Below are positions 10,604 through 19,439 of a stretch of 32,000 bases of DNA, piece after piece. The number at the start of each line of letters is the position of its first letter. Within the stretch, counting starts at the first letter, position 1. The translations under genes and the position numbers were made by a program. The notes beneath the pieces are model-generated. The model worked only from the letters and a program-made list of their open reading frames with translations. It did not search any database and had not been told where the DNA came from. Source of the stretch: Wallemia ichthyophaga EXF-994 (Eukaryota > Fungi > Basidiomycota); the NCBI RefSeq assembly GCF_000400465.1, contig NW_008806282.1:270001-302000 (forward strand), in the 5' to 3' direction.

Positions 10604-12431
10604 CTAATCCCACTCGTCGTCTGATTCATCATCATCACTATCGCCCATATTCCCCTTTCTAGTAGCGAGAGCGTTAGCTAATGAACTTGCAAGATCGTTG
10701 GAAGACTCGTCAGGTTGGTCATCTGATGTCAAGGCTGCTGCTCCTACGCCTGCACCTGCACCTGCAGCCACACCTGTGCCTGCGCCCTCAGTCTTCTTCA
10801 AATTGTGCACACCTTGGCCTTGAATACTTGCCAATAAGTTTCCACGGCCATCCTGAGGATTTGGTACTGTGATTGAATTAGTTTTGCACACTTTGTGGTT
10901 GTTATCTCGCTTACGAGGTGCTGAGGAGGCTGATGGTGCTGACGGCGCTGGAGGTGAAGGTGAAGGACCTGTATAAGCACATTAGCGGGAATAGACTGTC
11001 AAAACAAATCACACGTACCTCCTGCTGCTGGTACTGGAGGTGGAGGTGGTGGTGGTGGTAAGCCTGCTGTTGGTTGTTGAGTATAGTCGCCCACTTTACT
11101 CTCATAGGCTCACCTGAAGGAGGTGCTGGAGGGCGTGGAGGTGGAGCTGCAGCAGATGCTAGAATTCTTTGTTAGTTTGAAAAACATTGAGTGAGACAAA
11201 CACTCACGAGGAACAGGAGCAGGAGGTGCGGGTGGGGGTGGAGGTGGACCTGTAGCGGGACGAGATGGGGGCGCAACTTTTGGATTTGGTATTGGCGGCG
11301 CAGGTGGTGCAGGCGGTGCTGGGGATCTAACTGGTGCAGGTGGTGGTATATTTCTTGGCGGTGGTGGTGATGGTGATGGTGATGGTGATGGTGAAGGTGG
11401 TGCTGGTGGTGGTGGTGGTGGTGCGACTGTGGGAGGAGGAGGAGGAGCATGGGATGGCTTTGGTGCAGTTGAAGCACCTGCGTCCATCGTAGGAGCCTGC
11501 TTTCGTCGAGTTGTCGGCGGTGGAGGAGGTTTCTTCTTGGGTTGAGGTTGTTCAGGGCCACCCTGATTATCAACAAAGTCCTTGATAAAGTCACCGTGTT
11601 GTTCAATATCTTTCTGACTGAAACCTTTCTGGTTGAGTTGGTCGAGCAAGGCTTGCCAAGATGGGTCGATACCGCGCATGGAGAAACCCTCACTAGAGAA
11701 ACCAAGATGACCAACATGCTGGAATGACTCAGATTTAGGCGCACTGATAAGGCTCTTGCTAATTTTGCTGTCTTTGTCTTTGTCTTTACTTGATGAAGAA
11801 GAGCCGAGGGAGAGGCGCGTAGAGAAGCGTTTAGACTTCTTTAAAGACGGAGCAGGGGATGACGTAGCTTGTGCGGCAGCGGCTGGATCGTCATCTTCGG
11901 GAGCTTCTGGTGTAGCAGAATCAGCTTCGGCGACTTTATCCTCCTCCTCCTTCTTGAGTCTCTCCTTCTCCTCTTTCTTGGAAGGCTTTTTCTGTTTCCT
12001 GACTTTGTTTACCTTTCTGTAAAAGTCAGCAGCTTCGCCGTCTGCGGAGAATTGGAAACCGATGAGGCAGTCGTCACCGTTAAAGCTGTGGAAATTTGAT
12101 TGGTCCATAATGTACACGAGCTCATTGGGCAACTCATGCTGCCAAGAGACAGCGCCCTTGCGTCCCTGTTGGGGAGATGAGAAGACGTCAGGCGTCGGAC
12201 ACGGACACGCACCTCCAAGTCGATCAATTGGAAAGTGACGGATCTGTCGCCTTTAACGATAGAGAGCGCACCAGCCAAGCCAGTGTAGTTCCAAGTAGTG
12301 GGATCAGGGTATGCGTAGAAAACACGGGCGATGGTTGCGGTGAGGATCTTGTAATTCTGGCCGTGTGAGTTAAGCTTAAGCTGATTCTTGATTTTAGACT
12401 TGTCGTCACTGTTGATAATAGTGCCACCCAT
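10604..12431 (-). CDS. WSP1: WASP-family actin nucleation-promoting factor (WH1-CRIB-polyPro-WH2-C-A), about 528 aa, 6 exons
   Basis: Introns 12212-12166, 11207-11159, 11113-11067, 11018-10969, 10914-10867 give 1587 nt in frame. WH1 (ARVFYAYPDPTTWNYTGLAGA...WQHEL...FHSFNGDDCLIGFQF), CRIB (ISAPKSESFQHVGHLG), polyproline, WH2 (GRGNLLASIQGQGVHNLKKT), C helix (LASSLANALATRK) and acidic end DDDESDDEWD. Confidence 0.95.
11363..11395 (-). repeat. Coding hexanucleotide microsatellite (CCATCA)n encoding PSPSPSPSP
   Basis: Plus strand reads tggtga repeated (tggtgatggtgatggtgatggtgatggtga) inside the WASP proline-rich region. Confidence 0.8.
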
Positions 12432-12535
12432 TTAAATATAAAAACACAGATGAACGGCTGACCTGTTGACGGTGGGAGATGAACCAGCAAGATACACGGG
12501 TTTGACACGAACAATCAACAGCAACAGGAAATAAT

Positions 12536-13126
12536 ATGTCTTTACCAAAGCGTATACTCAAGGTGGATATTGCGCATATATTAAATACCCATTCTCATCT
12601 CCTGGCTTTAGGAAGCTGAGCGTCTTCAAGTGGATGCCCCAGAGGGTTCGTACAGGATTCTTGAGGAATACGCGACTGAAATGATGTTCAAGGGATTAAA
12701 GCCAGCCCAAGTGAACAGGATATCAGGTACTTTGACGTATCCATACAGGGACCAGATGGATCTCCATTTGAAAAGGGAATATTTAGCTTGGAGCTGTGGC
12801 TACCTAGCTCTTATCCAATGGAACCACCTAGGGTCAGATTCCTGACAAAGATCTATCATCCAAATATAGACAAGCTCGGTCGCATTTGCTTAGATATATT
12901 GAAGGGTGAGTTACGACGTGAATTACCACTCAAGCTTATCCCCGCAGATAAATGGTCTCCCGCTTTACAGATCAGAACGGTTTTGCTCTCGATTCAAGCA
13001 TTACTGTCTGCACCTAACCCAGATGATCCACTCGCGAACGACGTCGCAGAGCACTACAAATCTGACGAAAAGGCTGCTATTCAAGTCAGCAAAGAATGGA
13101 CACACAAGTTTGCGCAGCCAGCTTGA
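12536..13126 (+). CDS. UBC13: Ubiquitin-conjugating enzyme E2 N (K63-chain E2), 150 aa, 4 exons
   Basis: MSLPKRILK / [11 protein letters not shown] / GIKASP...[31 protein letters not shown] / [34 protein letters not shown]; introns 12563-12611, 12646-12692, 12906-12947; HPN motif and catalytic Cys present. Confidence 0.95.
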
Positions 13127-13214
13127 TTTGTCGTTATGATTATCATTGTCTTACAACATCATTATTAAGAATAATACAAACATTGTTTAGATTCACAATC
13201 GATTACAGCTTAGT

Positions 13215-13519
13215 TCACTTGTTCAATTCGTCGATACGCTTGTTGAGCTCCTCGCGTGACAATGGCTTGCCCATTTCCTCGACTTTTTCCTTGGATGGAA
13301 TGTGAGGCTCTCTAGACGGATGAGAGAGGGTTGTTGGATGTTCCTAAGACTAATTAGCTGACAATGAAACACTTTAATCATGGATAGACTTACCTCGTAA
13401 ATAGACTTCTTTGGCCCATTTGGATCATTAGTCTTACGTAACGCTCAGATGGGCAGGTATTATCGGATATGAAGCAGACTTACGGTGGCTTCGTGTGGCT
13501 GTGTATTAAAATCGCTCAT
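13215..13519 (-). CDS. Uncharacterised 67-aa hydrophilic microprotein, 3 exons
   Basis: Not in the ORF track. Exons 13519-13484, 13432-13394, 13343-13215 are joined by GTAAGT-led introns of 51 and 50 nt, both phase 0. Product: MSDFNTQPHEATTNDPNGPKKSIYEEHPTTLSHPSREPHIPSKEKVEEMGKPLSREELNKRIDELNK. Confidence 0.75.
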
Positions 13520-14025
13520 GACAGTCAGACGTAAGGAGTAACACAGGGGTAATCACCCAAATCATTCGAATCATATGCATGATGAGCACATCATCGTGGA
13601 TAAAACAAAATTGACGCGGTAATATATGCATTAGGACATCAATTTAACATGTGATACAGCCACTCGACAGCTCTCTTTGGCCGATGCATTCGATGACGTC
13701 GTGCGATGCGATTCATCATAGGAGTAGGAGGAATATAAGTTGGCGCATATTCTTAACTTTTAATCTCACTCGCCGAATTGGTTATTTGATCTCCTACCCC
13801 TTTGAGCTATTAAGTTTTTCAAAATCACCTTACTCGGTAACAAATTCTTCTTCATTAAAACCCAAGGAGCGATATTTTACAGACAAACGATAGAAATCCA
13901 GACGACTTTAAAGACAAGTAGAAGTAGAGAATATGTTCGAGGATAATTAAACCCGCTTGTCGACTACGTTTAGTGGTTTCTTAGACACCCAGACTACTCA
14001 GATTCAGATTATTTGAAAGATACAA

Positions 14026-14379
14026 ATGTCCTTGCACACTTATTCCTACTCATCTTATTACACTACTTGCCTCTCTCCTTCTCCTTCCCCCTCACGCCCA
14101 CAGTCTCCTCCAAAGAAAGTCAAATTTAGCCAGAATCCACCTACAATTGCTCCCACTTGGGACAAAAACCAATACGACAGATCTCCAGAGTCAATTCCTA
14201 CAACTATCCAACTTGGCTTATCCCTCCCACAAACTACAACCGTCTCCTCAAAACGCACGCGATCAAAGAAACCAAACAGAAGCACCACCTGCTCTTCTCA
14301 GCACACCGATAGCTCTTTCGTCAGTCAATCCACTTGGGGTATCTCATTCGATGACACAGATTGTTTGGGAGGTTTTTAG
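14026..14379 (+). CDS. 117-aa Ser/Pro-rich protein with a neurabin/spinophilin-type PP1-binding motif (putative Glc7/PP1 regulatory subunit)
   Basis: Single-exon ORF preceded by ACAAATG and lying between two other genes. Contains KKVKFSQNPPTIAPTWDKNQYDR and ends in FDDTDCLGGF. Confidence 0.7.
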   Translation: MSLHTYSYSSYYTTCLSPSPSPSRPQSPPKKVKFSQNPPTIAPTWDKNQYDRSPESIPTTIQLGLSLPQTTTVSSKRTRSKKPNRSTTCSSQHTDSSFVSQSTWGISFDDTDCLGGF

Positions 14380-14435
14380 ATTTCAGCACTTATAGCATCT
14401 TATATTTAATAAATCAGCATTCATCTACTTTTATT

Positions 14436-16172
14436 TTATCGCAGCCGTACTCCTCCAACTACCGGACTGTCATCGTCTTCAGGCATCATGCTTGGTTCCT
14501 TTTCTAAGGCGTCCACTGAATCTCGTATACTAGCCACCGTTGCTCCAGGCTCCTGCTCTTCTACACCAAAGTATTTTCCTGGATGCCTGTCGTTCTCTTC
14601 CATTAGTGCCCGACCAACATTCTCTATTAGCAACGTCCTACACTCTATTGCTTTCTTGACGCTTTCACCCAAATCTGACATCAAATCGGCAGACATATTG
14701 TTTTGTGAGGTTTGCGATGGTGTGCTTGTCCCAGATAATGCCGGTAGCTTACCCGACTGCTTGCTTGCCTGCTGTTGAGCTATCTGAGTAGCTTTTTCCG
14801 TCTTCTTTTTCTTTATTCTAGCTATTTGCTTTTGACGCTTAGTCCAGCCTGTCTCTATTGTTTTCTCTATGTCTGATAGCAGCGTCAAGTACTCCTGCCC
14901 TGCTATTCTTTCCTTCGCCCTTTCCAATAGATGGAGACGTCTATATGAATTCATTTGAGACTGCGCTTTAAGTATGTGCTGTAATTGAGCCAGTTGTGTG
15001 CTTATCTCATCATCTATTGGTTGTGTTGGACCCTTGAACGATGTTAGACTTGAATTTTTACCAAAGACAAACTCACCGAATCACTCTCCCCGAGAATACC
15101 TAAGCCAATTAACTCCCGCCTGAGAGCATCGTCTAGTACACCCACGGAAACTTTATCCGAAGTCACGCTGTCCGCTTGCTCCGTGTATTCTTGTGATGGT
15201 GTACTTGTTGGTAGCAAAGCAGACACTAGCCGTTCACTGAGTGCACCCAAACTAACATCTTCATTAACGAGTCCGTCATCTGTAACGTCTTGAGCTGTCA
15301 ACAATGGTCTCGAAAGTGGGGGTATAGTTGGTGGGTCGATTGATGTGAAGGGTAGGCCGGCATCTTCAGCCTCCCAGACGCTCAAGTAGGGTCTGCCGAG
15401 AGGAGGGATAGTATATGGAGTAACATCATCGCCCTGTTGATTGTATTGTGAGCGTCTACCCATAAGAAACAAGAAAAACACACCTTTGCTGACAAGAACA
15501 TCAAGTCGTCCTCACCAAGAGGCCTCAAATAAGGTTCTATCGAAGCATAGAAAGAGCTTATTTGCGTTTGAGACGCTGGCTTCTTATCGACGAAATCATC
15601 ATTGACGACATCCTGAGTCTTAGGTGTTGATGGCAGAGGTTTCGTGCGTGGCGGACGGGGTATCTGCGAAGTAGAAGGTAGTTCGAATGATAGAGACTTT
15701 TTAGGCTGTGCGTTGAGTTAGAAGTGAGTTGATTGTGGGGAAGGTGCACGACTTGCCTTATTCGTCTGGATTTTAAGTCTGAAAGGATTGAGAGTAGTCT
15801 GAGTGAGATCTGACGGTGGTTAGAACAGCTTTTTTAAATACTTCCCCACTTACTTTGCCCGGTTGGAGTAGAAGTGGTTGTGGTGGGCGTCGGCGTGCCC
15901 GCTGGGGACGCTGCACTCGGCGGAGGAGGGGCTACAGCGGAGTCGTCATCGTCTCTCTTTCTCTTCTTTTGGGCATCGAGTTTTATTGCATTGTAATGAT
16001 CATCAACCGCTTTGCTGTCAGTTTCAAGCTTAGTGAGGACAGCGCCAGCTTCGCGGGTGTATTCTCTTAATTGCGCAGTAATTCCATCAATATCTTGATA
16101 CGTGCTGGTAGATGATAGACGCTGCTTTATAATATCTAGCGGTTGATTAAATTCTTTGAGACCGCGGACCAT
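14436..16172 (-). CDS. NGG1: SAGA/ADA histone acetyltransferase subunit Ada3, about 515 aa, 5 exons
   Basis: Introns 15853-15810, 15756-15706 (GC-AG), 15483-15434, 15076-15033 give 1548 nt in frame, joining three ORF-track fragments. Motifs: SFYASIEPYLRPLGEDDLMFL, YTIPPLGRPY...W, GALSERLVSALL, LRRELIGLGIL, DDEISTQLAQLQ, QEYLTLLSDIEK. Confidence 0.9.
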
Positions 16173-16196
16173 GTCTCTTGTCGCCAAACTCTCGAG

Positions 16197-16607
16197 ATGG
16201 ACGTATCTACAATCTACGTGAACAGCTCAAATTTAAATAATTTTATTGGTTCTACAGTGAGAGTAGTGGGGAAACTGCTCCAAGTAAATGATAATCTTGC
16301 AATGATTGAATCCACAGACGGCGGTCAAATTACCGTCACCATGAATAGAGTGTGTTAGCCAGAATCATTTACGCGCTTTCTTATATCTATCAAAGGACAG
16401 CGATTACAGCAATTGTAAATTTATTGAAATTGTCGGCAAAGTGCAATCTGAGATCGCCCTACTAGAATTCACCAATATACCCCTAGGTGATGATTTAGGT
16501 GCGATTAGCGATAAATGCTTATTAGTGGCTTTACTAACAATATAATAGACCTTGGTTCCATCGATAGAGTCATACAAGCGATGCTCAAACACAGAGATAT
16601 CTTCTAA
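16197..16607 (+). CDS. RFA3: Replication protein A 14-kDa subunit (OB fold), 104 aa, 3 exons
   Basis: MDVSTIYVNSSNLNNFIGSTVRVVGKL...IESTDGGQITV / ...KFIEIVGKVQ...LEFTNIPLGDDL / DLGSIDRVIQAMLKHRDIF; introns 16350-16395 and 16499-16548. Confidence 0.9.
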
Positions 16608-16898
16608 ACTTGTATATGTAAAATTAATTTATTATGACATGAAAATAGGATATAATTCTCATTCCTTTGTATACATTCACTCAGTTGGACTCCCACTCCA
16701 CCCATACTCAAGCAAACAATTACCTGATAAATGTTATGTATTACTGTATAAACCATTATAATGTAAAAAGAGATGTCCTGTTTTCCTATGTTTCAATTTT
16801 TATGTTTTCAAAGTATGTATTTCTGTAAAAAGGCTGTAAGCCAGCTCATTGATACGACCTAGGTATTTGATATCCATATCTGGTACTGAAGTGTGTCC

Positions 16899-18259
16899 TT
16901 AAGGGTTCACAGCATCTTGATCAATCTCACCAGCACCTGAGAAAGCGTCTGTACGTGCTTCCCAGAACTTTGGAATGACCTTGTCAAGATCGGTATAGGT
17001 GTAACACCAAGAGTCCTCAGGAGAAAGTAAGTGCTTAACCGCAATGTTCTTTGATCCTGGTGCTGAGCCATAGTATAAAACTTGATCTTCATCCGCGTTG
17101 ATGCCTGCTCTGATACCGGTTGTGAAATCGTACTGAGTGTTTCCTTCGTAGGCGTAGAGTCTGTTTTCTTTGTCTCTCATTTGCCATGCCATCCAGTGTC
17201 TGTCAACGTTTGCGTGGTGCACTAGAAAAAGGTCAATAAATCTTGTAACTGAGACATAACCAACTCACAGAAGAACAATGGGTCGGCTGGAGAGGTGTTG
17301 TTGGTGTCACCTGTTGCCATGTCACCACCAGTCAACAAGTGAATAGAACCGTGTGAGCTTGGTCCCAAAAATGCACGTGGGTCAAGAGGATCGTAACCTT
17401 CAAGCAAGGTGGAGAAGTTTAAGTAATTATCGAATGATTGGTAGTATTGAATCCACTCTGGTGATCTACCGTACTCAAAGTACTTTCCTGCAATGTTTGG
17501 TCCACCTGGGTAGAAGTTGCTGCGAAGACGTCTACCAATCTTGTGGTCATAGGTGTATGTGATGTCGTAGTTGGCAAAAACACCATCGACGACGGCTGAG
17601 GCATTGAGTGGTCTGTCCATGTCTGTGTGACCAAGTGATCCTAAACCCGCATCCATGTCACCATCCCAAACAGGGGCCTTAGTAACATCTGCGAAATCAT
17701 TCTCCCAAGCCCAGTATGGCAACAAGCCATCATATCCACATTCTTGAAGTTGTTGTTCGTAAATCAGAGTAAGACCACGGTGCCATCTGATTAATGTTAG
17801 ACATCGTTAAGGTCAACAGCATATGATAACTCACGGTAGGAAAGAGGCGACCCAGTGAACATCAGCGCCTGGCCATTGGTGCAATCTGATAAAGTCTGCA
17901 ATGCGATCAGTCATCTTGTAACCGTCCAAGTTGAGTGATTCTTTCTGCTGCATACACTTGAGGGCATCACCGAAGTTTTTGCGCTCCTCATATGATAATG
18001 AGGCATAGTTTCTTCTCTCCTTAATACCGTCCTTGCAAACTGGCAAAGGGTAATCGTCCTTCTTGACGTGTGCCGGTACGTTTTCGACATCTTTGAAGGT
18101 CCTGTACTCGGTAGTTGGCTCAGTGTGTCCCAAAAGCTTAACCTCATGTTGTTCATGATTGTCGCTCTTGTCCTTGCCACCGAACAGGCCGCGAATGCTT
18201 AGTGGTGTTGCGTTGGTTGAAGCGGCGATAGCAGCTAAGGAAAGGGCTGTTAACTTCAT
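16899..18259 (-). CDS. Secreted type-3 di-copper oxidase (short tyrosinase/polyphenol oxidase), about 421 aa, 3 exons
   Basis: Signal peptide MKLTALSLAAIAASTNA. CuA: RLHQ...DVH...FLPWHR. CuB: SHGSIH...SPADPLFFLHHANVDRHW. Also LPYWAW and a terminal YTY motif. Introns 17834-17787 and 17268-17222 give 1266 nt in frame. Confidence 0.93.
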
Positions 18260-19387
18260 TTGAGGAGAGGTGGAGTTGCTTGTTGATGAGAAAGAAAGAG
18301 AGGTCCCTTGAGCCTTTTAGGTCTGAGAATCGGGTATTGTCTGACTTTCCAAATGCAGCTATGTTCGACAGGGAATGTCTCTGCGTGCAAGACTGAAATA
18401 GCAACGCAAATGGAAAAGGGTAAAAATAACAAATCATTGATTCACAGATATTCCGCTTTTATACATTGCCTAGTCCTTTGCATTAAAAGCGTAAGCGGAG
18501 GTGATCTAACTGTGCCCAAAGGGAATTTGGCGTGCTGTCAAACACATTACTCGTGTATAGGTATTCGAAAATAGCTCAACTTATGCGGACAACCTTCCAT
18601 CTCTCGTAATTGCTGTCCGCTTACGACATCATTTAGTCCTCAGATGAACGTCGTCCTCATAACTTCACAATGTTCTCGTAGTGGCAGTTTATTAAAGATT
18701 TCATTTAGAATAGAATATCAAGTATCTCAATGCTAATGCTGATTGGTGCAATATGAGCGTGCTACTTTTTCGAAGTAGGCCATACTTAATGACGAATTTG
18801 AAGGTACTAAGGGTGGAAGTAGTTCGCTAGCGTTATTTTATCGCAAAAATATCATTTTTATATATATCTGTATATCATGCATTTTTCATACAAGCGAAAC
18901 CCGAAGCAGATTTATGGAGATGCAAACAAAGACGTATAACGTTAATTTGGCACACGGTTATAGTAACTTCCCAAAAAGGAAGGTCTGAGAGATTTGGAGG
19001 GGAGGTACCACCCCATTGTTATCATCTGTGCAAAGATGAGATGATCTGAGCTCACAGGTACACATCGGCCAGGGTACAAGCTCCTCGGAGTACCTCGTAA
19101 TTCCTATACAAATTGCAAAATATCTATCGGAATGTGCACGGGTGCACTCGCGGAAGAGTGAGGAGTATTTAAAGGTGATTTTTATCATCAGCGCGGAACG
19201 CACGGCACATGAACGTCTGTGTATCTACATCCAGATCCCCATTAATTAAAAGGAGGGTCAAGCGAGGGCTAACGAATGATTTTTTATCTTAAAATTTCTC
19301 ATAATTTAGTCTGACTTCCCAATTAGGTAAGTGTAATACTCAAAATTAAGCTATTTTCCTTAAGCAGAAGTCTTACCAAAATCGTCG

Positions 19388-19439
19388 TATAAATAACTGA
19401 GATTCTACTAAAGCACTCCTTCAACAACAACAACAACAA
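19388..19439 (+). promoter_or_regulatory. TATA box and (CAA)6 leader immediately before the MFS transporter ATG
   Basis: TATAAA at 19388-19393; caacaacaacaacaacaa at 19422-19439, whose last A is the A of the ATG. Confidence 0.55.

Noticed and set aside
11172-11744. 190-aa His-rich ORF (QSHHHHHHQHHLHHHH...)
   Set aside because: It is an alternative frame of the WASP polyproline repeat (CCA/CCACCA codons), not a metal-binding protein.
13579-13720. ATGATGA box C-like words (also about 21277 and 19185) suggesting C/D snoRNAs
   Set aside because: There is no suitably placed CTGA D box, terminal stem or recognisable rRNA guide.
13651-13893. 80-aa ORF in the divergent intergenic region (also 18308-18574, 18958-19203, 10032-10223, 31741-31941)
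   Set aside because: These use non-ATG or poor starts, have no domain similarity and show intergenic-like composition.
6105-18259. Possible copper-enzyme gene cluster (amine oxidase plus tyrosinase)
   Set aside because: The two genes are over 8 kb apart, separated by unrelated housekeeping genes, and I found no copper transporter, chaperone or clear CuRE.
18762-18778. Small hairpins (CTACTT/AAGTAG; also GCGGC/GCCGC at about 9660-9680 in an RRM-gene intron)
   Set aside because: Stems of 5-7 bp are expected by chance, and no larger ncRNA fold or Pol III boxes are visible.
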